64,000 nt of DNA from Octopus vulgaris (lineage: Eukaryota), in contig OX597833.1 in NCBI GenBank assembly GCA_951406725.2, positions 20,398,001 through 20,462,000 of the forward strand. Direction: 5' to 3'. This document shows, piece after piece, positions 1 to 64,000 of this stretch. The notes beneath the pieces are model-generated. The model was not told the origin of the DNA. It made no database searches and saw only the letters and a program-made list of their open reading frames with translations. Each line of letters opens with the position of its first letter. The first letter of the stretch is position 1. Position numbers and translations under genes: made by a program.

Positions 1-691
1 TTTAGTTACAAAGAAATTATTTTAAAAATCTACCGGTCAGAGTGAAAAGATCCATATTTTGTCCTATATATCCTGGGTCGAATGCCCTGTCCAGTTTAGT
101 GCTATCACATCTGGACTTTGAGCGCGTACGACTCACACTCTCTTTCTCTCGCCTTTCTCCCGTATTCCTTCCTCCTCTCTCTCTTTCTTTTTTCTCCCTT
201 TCATTCTCCATCTTATTCTTCAATCTCTTTTGCTGTCCTTCCTCACTTACCTCCCTTGAACCTCTTTCTCTCTCTCTCCCCCCTCCGTCTCATTCTTTGG
301 TCCCTCTGATTTCTCTCCCCCTCTTCTTTTCCTTAGTCCTTCTGCCCTCTTCAACTACCTCTCCCCCCGCTACAAAGTGTTCGCTGTCTGGTTCAGACAT
401 TGTCGCCCTTTTTCGGCCGGCTATCTGTCCTGCTGCCCGGTCAGTTAAGATTTTTTTTCATATTCTTGGCGCTAGCTTACTACACTCGTCTGATAGTCGA
501 AAGACCCCTGCTTGTTTTGTTTTGTTTTATTATATTTTTGCTGTAATTGTATAATTATTTTCCTTTTGTTGTATAGCCGAAGGGCGTTTGTCCATTGTAT
601 ATGTATAATTCTATTTCATATGTTACGTTCGTCCGAGATTCGAAAGAACCTTTCTATTGTTTACTTATTTGTTTTCGTATATGTACTCCTG

Positions 692-1113
692 TAGGCGCAG
701 GAGTGGCTGTGTGGTAAGTAGCTTGCTAACCAACCACATGGTTCCGGGTTCAGTCCCACTGCGTGGCATCTTGGGCAAGTGTCTTCTGCTATAGCCTCGG
801 GCCGACCAATGCCCTGTGAGTGGATTTGGTAGACGGAAACTGAAAGAAGCCCGTCGTATATATGTATATATATATATATGTGTGTGTGTGTGTATATGTT
901 TCTGTGTCTGGGTTTGTGCCCCCTAGCATTGCTTGACAACCGATGCTGGTGTGTTTACGTCCCCGTCACTTAGCGGTTCGGCAAAAGAGACCGATAGAAT
1001 AAGTACTGGGCTTACAAAGAATAAGTCCCGGGGTCGATTTGCTCGACTAAAGGCGGTGCTCCAGCATGGCCGCAATCAAATGACTGAAGCAAGTAAAAAA
1101 GTAAAGAGAGAGT
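692..1113 (+). mobile_element. tRNA-derived SINE family A (GGCGCAGGAGTGGCTGTGTGGTAAG head, internal (TA)/(TG) tract)
   Basis: A/B-box-like head (tggctgtgtgg, ggttcagtccc). Further copies on either strand at about 3527-3900, 9868-10263, 24592-25437, 30940-31310, 52185-52598, 53180-53563. Confidence 0.85.
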
Positions 1114-1422
1114 ACAGTCGTTTGCTTTGCCCAGGGGCTTAATACTTTTAGCTTTAGTCCATGACCAGCCGGTTTCGAGTAGTATCGGAAATAAATGGCC
1201 GAAACTACGTGGACATTCCGGATTTCGACTGAAGAGTCAATTGGCTGTGGATGATCCGTATATCTTGGTTTTTCCTGTTTACCATTGTTGTGCTTTCGTC
1301 CTTTTCCTGCATCTTGTGGTTTGACGGTTTCGGTTTGTGTTTTTTCTGTTAAAAATTTTTTTTAAAATTAAAGACTGTTTGCCAACATAATGTGACAGTC
1401 CTGGATGGGACAAATGTTACTG

Positions 1423-1476
<54 letters not shown>

Positions 1477-1500
1477 TATATATATATATACAAACATATA

Positions 1501-1582
<82 letters not shown>

Positions 1583-1644
1583 TATATTTGTATATATATA
1601 CAAATATATATATATACATATATGTATATATATATATATATACA

Positions 1645-1702
<58 letters not shown>

Positions 1703-2399
1703 CACATACCTACATACATACGTACATACATACATACGTACACACACACACGCATATTATCGATCGCACCAACTCAGTATATGTGCTTTGTTTGTTCGCC
1801 AGTACAGGAGTGATGACTACTGATATTTCAACACGTACTTGAATCGGGGAAGAGTCGAATTGGAGGCGAGTTGCCTCGTTTTTCAATAACTTTCACGTGT
1901 TTTTTTAACACTCAGCGTTATGAGGCAGTCGTCCCCAAAGCGCAATCCGCAGCGAACCAGCGAAGTAACAAGACACGTAGATTAAGTATATGCGGTCGAT
2001 AATGTTTACTGCACTAGCGCTGCTTTTAATTCGCTGTGAATTTAATCTTACACTTGCATCGCCGTGACACACCAGCAAACAGTTCTGATACTGTCTATAT
2101 ATAGTCATAGACTAGCCATCTGATTCAGGTACGTGACGTTGATAAATGGCGAAATATCGGTATTCACCACACTTGAATCAGATCGGAGGCGAGTTGTCTC
2201 GCTTGTCTATGACTTACTTTCTGGTATTTTAAAACCCCGCGTTATGAACGAGTCGTTCTCCAACTATTATAGGCCAGCGAATCGGGGCGAACAAGCAAAA
2301 CACATACATTGAGTATGCGCGGTCGATAATGTTTATAATATTAACGCTGCTTTTGATTCGTTGTTGAATATATCTCGACAGATAGAGGGATAGACAGAC

Positions 2400-2477
<78 letters not shown>

Positions 2478-2688
2478 ACAAATAAATAAGTAGATATACA
2501 TAGAAAGAGTCACGAGGGACATTTTTATGTGCGTAAATTGATCGTACTGATCAAATATTGGAGTATTGGGGGCCGCTGATGTAGACGAAAATTTGTAATG
2601 ATATCACCATAACTCATTGAGTTATGAAAGAGATCCATCAGAAGTTTTGATGCAAAAAAAAAAATAATATGAAAGAGAAGATACTCAC

Positions 2689-53019
<50,331 letters not shown>

Positions 53020-54179
53020 CTTGGGTTTTGACTGAAACAAACAAAAACAAAAAAAAAAAAAGATAAATAAGAGAGAAAATATAAAGAAAACGCCTTCTCG
53101 CGTGACGTACGTGACTATCAGAATCACAGATTATGAAATATTTAAGCTGTATTATATCTTGAACACTCTTTTTTTTCTTTTACTCCCTTTTATTTGTGTC
53201 AATCATTTGACTGCGGCTATGCTGGAGCACCGCCTTTAGTCAAGGAAATCGACTCCAGGACTTATTCTTTGTAAGCCTAGTACTTATTCTATCGGATTCT
53301 TTTGCCAAACTGCTAAGTGACGGGGACGTAAACACACCAGCATCGGTTGTCAAACGATGTTGGACGCGCGCGCGCTCACACACACACACATAAACATATA
53401 TACGACGGGCTTCTTTCAGTTTCCGTCTACCAAATCCACTCACAAGGCTTTGGTGTCCTGACGCTATAGAAGACACTTGCCCAAGGTACCACGCAGTGGG
53501 ACTGAACCCGGAACCATGAAGTTCGTAAGCAAGCTACTTACCACACAGCCATTCCTGCGCCTACAAGGATTGTATTAATTAGTTCTTCACTGTAAAGCAC
53601 GGCTACCGGGCAAATATTATGCAAAACATTTACTTGGAATATTAATTGAATACAATTGCAGCGTGGAAGGTGTTTGTAAGCCATTTAAGAAACATACAAA
53701 AGTCGTTAGACATTTAAATTTAAGTTGTCAAAATATTTTCGTCGTTTTAAGACCGCGACGAAAATATTTTGACAAGTTTAACTTAAATGTTGAAGTGAAT
53801 CTAACGGCTTTTGTGTGTTTCTTAAATGGCTTACAAACACCTTCCACGCTGCAATTGTTTTCGATTCAGCACACGATCTCAGATCAAATCACTTGCTATG
53901 CAAGTACATCTCCATAATTAATTGAATATTTCGAAGAGAATCCAAATTTTTTCACCCGATAATATTGGTTTTAAATTTTGGCACAACGTCAGTAATTTGG
54001 GGGAGAGGGGGGAAGTCAATTACATCGACACCAGTACGCAACTGCTACTTATTTTATCGATCTCGAAATGATGAAACGCATGGTCGACCTTGGCAGCATT
54101 TGAATTCAGAACGTAAAGCCAGAAGAGATGCCGCAAAGCATTTTATCCAATGCAGTACTGATTCTGCCAGCTTGCTGCC

Positions 54180-54240
<61 letters not shown>

Positions 54241-54244
<4 letters not shown>

Positions 54245-54588
54245 AAAACAATACCTGTTGTCATAGGTGCCCTGGGAATGATAGCAAAAGGGGCTGATTG
54301 CTACCTAACTCAGATACCAGGAAACCCCAAAATGGCAGAAATTCAAAAGATAGTGCTCATGGGAACTGCTCATATCCTACGCAAAATACTTTCTTTGTAA
54401 TCTCAAGTTTTAAAACAAACATAATTTTCGTATGGTTTTTTAGGCATTCACTAGTACAACACTAAGTACAAAACTAAATATATGGCACCTTAGGCATAAC
54501 ACCAACATGAACTTCCAACATGTTGTCTCTTGAGGTCTCTGAGTGAGACTTGGAGCCAGCTTGTGCAAATGTAAAGCAAAAGTCAAAC

Positions 54589-54590
<2 letters not shown>
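54241..54590 (+). mobile_element. 5'-truncated 3' end of RLE LINE (same family as 6610-8245)
   Basis: TKTIPVVIGALG...IQKIVLMGTAHILRKILSL* plus a 3' UTR matching 7820-8240; embedded in (TAA)n. Confidence 0.85.
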
Positions 54591-54654
<64 letters not shown>

Positions 54655-54665
54655 TAATAATAATA

Positions 54666-54703
<38 letters not shown>

Positions 54704-54722
54704 AATGATAAATAATAATAAT

Positions 54723-54757
<35 letters not shown>

Positions 54758-55217
54758 TAATAATAATAATGATAATAAACCTTCTACTATAAGCACAAGG
54801 CCTGAAATTTTGGGGGAGTGACTAGTCGATTACATCGACCTTAATGTTTCACCGGTACTTAAGTTATCGACCCCGAAAGGATGAAAGGCAAAATCGACCT
54901 CGGCGGAATTTGAACTCAGAACGTAGCAATGGGCGAAATACAGCTAAGCATTTCGTCCACCGTGTTTACACAATGCCCTCGGTTTTTATACCAGTAATGC
55001 AGGCATATACGGTACACACACACACATACATACGCGCACGCACACACATACACGCACGAGCGCACGCACGTGCACGCACACACATACAAACAAACACACA
55101 TACACACACACGCACGTGATCGTATTTTGGTAAACCATATTATTTCCTCATAACTAAAGGTTTCTTGCAATTGATGTTACTCAATTGTACTCATCGGGAA
55201 GTCTGAACGTTATATGT

Positions 55218-55258
<41 letters not shown>

Positions 55259-55299
55259 ACATACACACACACACACGCACACACACATATTTATAAGTG

Positions 55300-55333
<34 letters not shown>

Positions 55334-56519
55334 CTGTGTTTCTCCATATATGTAAACGAATGTGTTTCAGTATGTTTGTTTTTTGTGTTTATGTGTTTTA
55401 TACTAGCTATTAAATTTTACAGGTTTTGAAGAACATAGATTTTCTTATTGAAACGTAGATTTTTATGTCGAAGATCGTAAACCGATGTAGTTTTATGACT
55501 AAACAACGCTAATTTTAAAGCTGGCCGTTAGAATGTGTACGGAAATACCAATTACATTTTTCGCAAAAATTTATGTTGATATTTATTTGTGTATGGAAGC
55601 ACGTAGGTATTCAACTTTCATAATACATACATACATACATACATACATACATACATACATACATACATACATACATACATACATACATGCATACATACAT
55701 ACATACATGGTGGCTGCCTCCTCGTTATCGAGTATGGCCATTGCACGAAGCTTAATCATTGTTGTTATCATGCAATGCCTGTGCAAGATTTTTTTTAAAG
55801 TGAGGAAAGGCTGTGCACTGAGTCAATCCCACTCACTAAGCAACAGCAGCCAAAATACGAAAAGAAGAACAAGTCAACATCATCGGTAACCACTGAGCCG
55901 CAGGTTTTATGTCGAAGTTATCCCAGTTACCTGAGTTACCTTCTCCTAGAAGGATGCCCTAACAAAGGCTAGGAGTCCTTCCCTCCCAATGGTTTAACCG
56001 CGCGATCGAGTATTCAGTCCGATTATTTCTATGTCCCCACGCATGATACATCCTTAAGACATTTATTGGATGGCCATTGACTCTCAAGAGTTCCTCTGCC
56101 CTTTGACGGGTTTATTTTTTCATCCCGCAGGGTGTCCAATAAACACCCTCCTCACCAAGCAAGCTAAACTGGCAACATACATACATACATAGATACATAC
56201 ATACATACATACATACATACATACATACATACGCACAAAAGTGATGGCTGCCTACTCGTTTGACGAGTCTGACCATCGCCAACAGATGTGTCAACAATGT
56301 TCGTGCAAGTGTTCTAAGTCGAGTGCGATTTGCTCAGCAACACAACGACTCTCACTGGCAATAAGCAAAATGTGAGATATTTGGCTCAGTAGAGCAGCGG
56401 GTTTAATATACAACCTAGCCTTTTCCTAGAGGGGTGTCTTCACAAAGACCAGGGGTCCCACATTCCCGGTGGGTTTACTGCACCCTCGGACACCAACCCG
56501 AATAGTTCTACGTTTCGGC

Positions 56520-57750
56520 ACATCCATACATCCGTCTATCCATCCAGCCATCCAGCCATACAGACATCCTGCCATTTAGCCATCCAGCTAGTCAGCCATC
56601 AGCCATCCACCCAACAAGTCAGCCATCCATCCATCCATCCATCCATCCATCCATCCATCCATCCATCCATCCATCCATCCATCCAACCATCCAACCATCC
56701 ATCCATCCATCCATCCATCAATCCATCCATCCATCATCCATCCATCCAACCGTTCAGCTATCCATCCAGCTAGCCATCCATCATCCATCCAGCCAGTCAG
56801 CCATCAGCCATCCATCCAACCAGTCAGCCATCCATCCATCCATCCAGCCATCCATCCATCCATCCATCCATCAATCCATCCATCCATCCATCAGTCATCC
56901 ATCCAACCATTCAGTTATCCATCCATCATCCCATCCATCCATCCATCCATCCAACCATCCAGCCATCCATCCATCCATCCATCCATCCATCCATCAGTCA
57001 TCCATCCAACCATTCAGCTATCCATCCATCATCCATCCATCATCCATCCATCAGCCATCCAGCCATCCAGCCAGTCAGCCATCAGCCATCCATCCAACCA
57101 GTCATCCATCCATCCATTAGCCATCCATCCATGAATCCATCCATCCATCAGTCATCCATCCAACCATTCAGCTATCCATCCATCATCCATCCATCCATCC
57201 ATCCATCATCCATCCAGCCATCCAGCCAGTCAGCCATCAGCCATCCATCCAACCAGTCATCCATCCATCCATTAGCCATCCATCCATGAATCCATCCATC
57301 CATCAGTCATCCATCCAACCATTCAGCTATCCATCCATCATCCATCCATCCAGTCAGCCAGCCAGTCAGCCATCAGTCATCCATCCAACCAGTCAGCCAT
57401 CCATCCATCAGCCATCCATCCATCCATCCATCCATCCATCCATACATCCATCAATCATCCATCCATCCATCAGTCATCCATCCAACCATTCAGCTATCCA
57501 TCCATCATCATCCATCCATCCATCCATCCATCCAACCAGTCAGCCATCCATCCATCCATCAATCCAAGCAACCATCCATCCATCCATCCATCCATCCATC
57601 CATCCATCCATCCATCCATCAGTCATCCCTCCCTCCCTCCATCCACCCATCAGCCATCCATCCAACCGTTCAGCTATCCATCCATCCATCCAACAATCCA
57701 TCCATCCATCCATCCATCCATCCATTCACACATGCATCCTTCCACCCATA
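56520..57750. repeat. Complex (CCAT)n/(CCAG)n satellite with higher-order duplications
   Basis: ATCC tetramers with recurring variant blocks such as caaccattcagctatcc. Confidence 0.95.
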
Positions 57751-60700
57751 CATACGCTATATGAGATGTCTGGAAATGAGATTGGAATGCCATCTTCCCA
57801 TAGAGAATAATGTTGTGGACAAAACATAAAAACAATACAATTCGCAGAAAGAGCAATCTTGAATTTAAGCACCTTAGAAGTTTCAATAATGGAAAGGTCA
57901 GATCTACCACAATACGAAAGAATAGTAGTGGAATGCTTTTGTTAAAAATCTCTGTAAAATATAGATATGAGGGAAGACACGTTGAACATATCTATACAAA
58001 CGTGCTTCACCAACTTTGTTTCCTCATAAAATCCAGAAAAATGGATATTTATTAATGACATTCTTTTACAAATATGCTTCAGATGGACCAGAATCTGATT
58101 ATATCGGAATTTGTTATAAATAGTTTTCTCCGAAGATGGAGAGAGAAGCTTTGAAAAATTCACATGAGTCGAGTTTGTTTCCTCTTAACTTCTAGCAAAA
58201 TGGCCATTTTGTAACGAATTTTCTATAAATATTTTTCAGATGATGTAGATTACGATTTTATCGGAATTTAATAAGTAAAGAAATTGATAGGCTTGCACAC
58301 GTAAATACTGACACACATCATAATTTCATCTTGTGACGTGTGTCAGTATGCATGTGTGCGAGCTCATCCATTTTGGCGGGCTCACACACAAAGAAAGTTT
58401 CCAGGAAAATACAAGTCAAAATGGTGAAAATGAGGGGTAAAAAAATAAAGTCCAGAAATGCATAGGCACAAAATGTATGAGATCCCACAAATCTTTTTAC
58501 ACAACTTGTTTTTCAGCATTACCCCCGTCTCCTGAAACTAAGACGGGATTTTATTTTTATTCAAAATGCGGAAATAAATACCTATTTCTTTACTACCCAC
58601 AAGGGGCTAAACACAGAGAGGACAAACAAGGACAGACAAACGGATTAAGTCGATTGTATCGACCCCAATGCGTATCTGGTACTTATTTAATCGACCCCGA
58701 AAGGATGAAAGGCCAAGTCGACCTCGGCGGAATTTGAACTCACAACGTAACGACAGACGAAATATCGCTAAGCATTTCGTCCGGCGTGCTAACGTTTCTT
58801 ATTTCTTTATTGCCCAGAAGGGGCTAAACATAGAGGGGACAAACAAGGACAGACAAACGGATTAAGTCAATTATATCGACCCCAGTGCGTAACTGGTACT
58901 TATTTAATCGACCCCGAAAGGATGAAAGGCAAAGTCGACCTTGGTGGAATTTGAACTCAGAACGTAACGGCAGACGAAGTACGGCTACGCATTTCGCCCG
59001 GCGTGCTAAAGTTTCTGCCAGTTCGCCGACATTCTAACAACTTCGTCAATTCCCCTTCTCTTTGTACCATAACGTTGAGTAAACTGTAAATATTGAACGT
59101 TATTTTTTATGTCTGAAGTTATGGTTTAAAGTCTGAAATATTACAATCTTATTAACAACAAAAATCATTTACAACCTATGTCAGATATTTTATTAGACTT
59201 ACGGTTCTGTGTTGTTTTTATACAGTTTAAATATAGATTTTCGTATTTAGATTTTATATTAGGAAGTTGATATTGTTATTTAACCCAATATTAGCTCTGT
59301 CTGAGCAGATCTATGATCAAGAGTGTTCCAGCCATGAACGTCTCGTCTTTTCCTTATTGCGTAGTTTTGACTACATTATTTTAATATTTAATTAGGATTA
59401 TTCGTCTGCCATTTCTTGTTAGTCAGGCGACCACGTAAAATATCACTTACTGGTTTCAGTTCCTATGTATGGAAACCATATAAAGGAATTAGATTTTAAT
59501 GAAGGATACTAACAGAGACACTTATGCGTGAGACGTTTGAGATTCGCTCGTAGGGAAGACAACTGACGTCATCGAAATTAACGTTTTTACACTGCTGAAT
59601 GCCACGCTGATTACTCGCCGTCACACAGAGAGCATCGGAAATAAACAAATACTCCTCGGAAGAGCGTGTTTGTTTCTCAGTTTTCACTGAAAATGTTCAT
59701 ATTGCTTTTCCTTTGCGATATGACATAGAATCCACAAATCTTTGATAATCCCTCTCGCACTGGAACAGAGTTTTTCTGTTCACACATTGGTAAAGAATAA
59801 TCTTTTCAATTATTTTTGCAAGTGAATGCTCCAATCTCGACTGTGTTACTTTGAAGAACGGCATTGGTTTCAAATTTTGGCACAATGCCAGCAATTTCAA
59901 GGAACGGGGCGGTTAAGTCGATTACATCAACCCATGTACTCGACTGGTACTTATTTTATCGACCTCGGAAAGATAAAAGTCGAAGTCGACCTCGGCTATA
60001 TTTGAACTCAAAACGTAAAAACGGACGCAATGCCGCTAAGCATTTTGGTCGACGTGCTAACTATTCCGCTAGCTAATCGTCTTACTTTGAGGAACAATAT
60101 TGATTTCAAATTGGGGCACAAGGCTAGCAATTCCGGGGGAGAGGATAAATCGATTACATCGACTCCAGTGCTCAACTGACACTTATTTTATTGACCCTGA
60201 AAAAATAAAAGGCAAAGTCAATCTCGGCGGAATTTCAACTCAGAACGTAGCGGCAGCTGAAATACCTATTTCTTTACTACCCACAAGGGGATAAGCACAG
60301 AGAGGACAAACAAGGACAGACAAATGGATTAAGTCGATTATATCGACCCCAGTGCGTAACTGGTACTTATTTAATCGACCCCGAAAAGATGAGAGGCAAA
60401 GTCGACCTCGGCGGAATTCGAACTCAGAATGTAAAGATAAGCAAAATGCCGCTAAGCATTCTGCCCGGCGTGTTAACGATTCTGTCGGCTCATCATCTTA
60501 ATATATTTTTTTTTCAGGAACGATATTGCCTTGTAGTTTGTAGAAGTCCCGACTGTTGAAATAATGGGGTTAAAAAAAACGAGACGCTTTTCGGTTGTAG
60601 AATAGTAATGGCGGCGGCGGTGGTAGTGGTGGTGGGCGCTGTCGCTAGCAGCCGATCCGGCTGTTGTCTCTTATTACGTTTGCACTAATTTCAATGCTAC

Positions 60701-61076
60701 CGCCATCGATGTCGGTGACAGCAGAGGTGTTACTGTTGTTGCCATGGTCAGACTTGACGATGATACCAAGTGTTTACTTAGCTGTTGTTAATATTTTCTT
60801 AACAGACTTTGAGTCCTACTCGAGAGCTTTTACATTTCGCATAATGAAGAGGAGTGTTTTCTCTTCTTTACTCCCCATTCTCCCATTTTCCCTTACTACT
60901 CTCTGTTTTTCGCCACTTGATGCCATTTTAAAATTTTATTATTAAAAAAAGGAAATATATATATTTTTTCTATTATTTGTTGTAGTCATTGGATTGCTGC
61001 AACGCTGAGGGACCGTTTTGAAGGGTTTAGTCGAACAAATCAAACTCAAGGCTTATTTTTTATTTAGGGTCAAGTA

Positions 61077-61134
<58 letters not shown>

Positions 61135-61347
61135 CATATGCATATACATACATACATACATACATATATATATATAAGGATATTTTACAAAAACAAAATA
61201 ACAAAAGACGAAGACAGGTGGTGTAGAAAACAAACAGATGTATTAGTATAACGCTCGGGAATTGAAAAAGTCTTTAACGTTTCGAGCCTACGCTCTTCCA
61301 CAGAAAGAAACAAGGAGAGAAAAAATGTGTGTAGTGGCTAGTGATCT

Positions 61348-61386
<39 letters not shown>

Positions 61387-61538
61387 ATTAGAGATAAAAC
61401 CACTATTAGGCTAGAGATAAAACCACTATTAGGCAAATCAAACAATGAAAAACATAAGCCAATACATAAAATTAATTAATATATATTATTTTAAATATAT
61501 ATTAAAAGTATTAAAAGTTTAATAAAAGATAAAGAGTA

Positions 61539-61613
61539 AAACACTACGATCGTTTCATGACTGTACAATTCGTAATAATTCGAGTTATGGTTACAGTCAA
61601 TCTTCAGGTAATT
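61539..61613 (-). ncRNA. Type I hammerhead ribozyme motif
   Basis: AAUUAC-CUGAAGA-U UGACUGUA...UACAGUCA U-GAAAC GAUC GUA^-GUGUUU: 8-bp stem II, palindromic stem III (ACGAUCGU), weak stem I. Confidence 0.7.
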
Positions 61614-62091
61614 GAAATATTTATCTTAGCGAGGTTTAGCACATACATACATACATACATACATACATACATACATACATACATACATACATACATACAT
61701 ACATACATACATGTACATTTCCAGAAATGTCTCTGACGAAAGTAGCATTAATTTTCTTAGGTTGTTCAATTCACCTCAAATGATCCACTGATCAAATGAG
61801 TAAACCTATCAGTAATGTACCTATAATGATTACTGGAAACAGATGTAAGCCAGATTTGTTCTTATAGAGGAATTATATGTAATGACCATTATTTTAAATT
61901 TGTTTCTTATATATCACTCTGTAAAAACCAGTTTATCTGGTGCCCATCCACGGATTTACAAAATAGAATTATGATGAACCATAACTTGGAAACCTACCAC
62001 ACGATTACTCGGAGTTCTTTACTAATCTAACTAATAATGTTAGCTTGGTGCACCAACAGAGAGCTTATGAAGTATTTTGCATATATATATA

Positions 62092-62148
<57 letters not shown>

Positions 62149-63624
62149 GGAGTAAACACATAAATGTGAAACAAGGTGGAAAAAGGAGTACTCAATACCA
62201 GTGGTAGAGTAATATGCTTTATTTAAAGCAGCATAAAAATTCAACAAAACCTGTTACTCTGAGTTTCCCGTTGCCGTTGTCCGATGAACGGCAACGGGAA
62301 ACTCAGAGTAACAGGTTTTGTTGAATTTTCTGCTGCTTTAAATAAAGTATATATATATATATTCTAACATTTAAAAGAAAGATTACATAAGAAACACGAA
62401 ATTTAAAACATAGAGCAAACGGCGAAAATAAATATATCGAGAATGTAAGTTACGAGAATAGACCTCACACGTGGTAAATAAAGGGAATAATAAAACACAC
62501 ATTAAAAATCAAACGCCAGAAACATCGACAGTATACTGGTAAATAAAAACCGAAGCAAAAGAAAACATTGAGAAATATGTATAAAGAGGAACAAGTTTCA
62601 AGAACAAAACATTTTAAAGATAGGAAGTCGAGCACAATAAATCTAAAGGTGAAAGAAGTTAATAAATAAAAAATTAACAAAAGATTCTATTGTAGCTCAA
62701 TGAAAATACCTCGCAAGGATAGAGCTTAACGATAAAATAGCAACGATAGTAAAACGAGCTAATCTGGACAAGGCAGATTTTTATCTGGACAAAGCAGATT
62801 TAAATCTGGACAAGGCAGATTTAAATCTGGTTACAACAGATAGCAGCTGGTTCAATGAAATAATTCGTGCAGCGAATACTTTCGAAGGAAAGTCGATGAT
62901 CACTCGGGTCAACACATACATGAATATTGGTTTCAAAGGCGGCGAGCTGGCAGAAACGTTAGCACGCCGGGCGAAATGCGTAGCCGTATTTCGTCTGCCG
63001 TTACGTTCTGAGTTCAAATTCCGCCGAGGTCGACTTTGCCTTTCATCCCTTTCGGGGTCGATAAATTAAGTACTAGTTACGCACTGGGGTCGATATAATC
63101 GACTTAATCCGTCTGTCTGTCCTTGTTTGTCCCCTCTGTGTTTAGCCTCTTGTGGGTAGTAAAGAAATAGGTATTCCGTCTGTCTTTACGTTCTGAGTTC
63201 AAATTCTGCCGAGGTCGATTTTGCGTTTCATCCCTTCTGGGTAGAAAAATTAAGTACCAGTTGCGTACTGGGGTCGATCTAATCGACTGGCCCTCTTCTC
63301 CAAATTTTCGGGCCTTCTGGCTGTAGTAGAAAAGAATATTGGGTTCAAATTTTAGTACAAGGACAGCAATGCTCAACTGGTACTTTATCGACTTCGAAAG
63401 GATGGAAGGCGAAGTTGAGCTCGATGGAATTTGAACATAGGTGGTAAAGACGGACGAAATGCGACTAAGCATTTTGTCCGGCGCGGTTTACGATTCTGCT
63501 AGCTTGCCGCCTTAAACACACAGGAATATTGAAAACCAAGCAAACAACGTGAAAACAGACACACAGACAAAAATATAAGAATTTCAGTAAACCTAACTGA
63601 ACTCAAAGACGTAAGTGCACAGTT

Positions 63625-64000
63625 AGAGAGAGGAAGAAAGAGAGGGGGAGAGAGGAAGAGAGGAAGAAGGTGATAGAGGGAAAGAGCGGGAAAGAGGGAG
63701 AAAAGGAGCTATAGAAGAGGAGATAGGAAGAGAGGGAGAAGGCGGGATAGAGAGGGATAGAGAGGAGGAGGAGAGGAGGAGGGAGAAAGAGGGAGAGGGG
63801 ATAGAGAGAAGGGTAGAAAAAGGGAGAGAGAGAGGAATAGAGAGAATGAGAAAAAGAGGGAGAGAAAGAGAGAGAGAGAGGAAAAGACAGAAAGACAGGG
63901 AGAGAAGAAAGAAAGAGAGAGAGAGAGAAGGTGAGAAGGAAAGAAGAGAAAGGGTGAGAAGAAATAGAGAGGGATTGGTGGAGAGAGAGAGGGAGAGAGA
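63625..64000. repeat. Polypurine GA-rich low-complexity tract
   Basis: Almost only G/A. Confidence 0.9.

Noticed and set aside
1368-1842. YIYI/THTH/LSIY/VCVC-type ORFs here and throughout the track
   Set aside because: Translations of (TA)n, (CA)n, (TATC)n and (ACAT)n microsatellites.
57286-57810. 174-aa HPSI-repeat ORF
   Set aside because: Translation of the (CCAT)n satellite.

Overview
AT-rich, microsatellite- and SINE-dense animal genomic DNA. The repeat landscape looks like a coleoid cephalopod, probably Octopus; this is an inference. The window holds one host gene, a minus-strand SLC6 (NSS) Na+/Cl--dependent amino-acid/neurotransmitter transporter. I could splice 12 coding exons by hand (53019 down to 2689; 1509 nt, 503 codons, all GT-AG with compatible phases). 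The last TM/C-terminal exons fall off the left edge. The introns contain tRNA-derived SINEs, RLE-type (R4/Dong-like), RTE and CR1 LINE relics, Tc1/mariner relics, Helitron-like elements, one LTR and many foldbacks. Most interesting: (1) several unrelated small repeat families each carry a minimal type I hammerhead ribozyme fold, and two with intact cores lie sense within the transporter pre-mRNA; (2) a near-perfect inverted copy of exon 4 with both splice sites sits 1.3 kb away in the adjacent intron and could act as an ADAR editing-complementary or splice-masking duplex; (3) the transporter has a KAAT1-like Asp at the Na1 site; (4) a SINE target-site duplication copied an exon's splice donor. 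Most ORFs in the supplied track are microsatellite or SINE noise.
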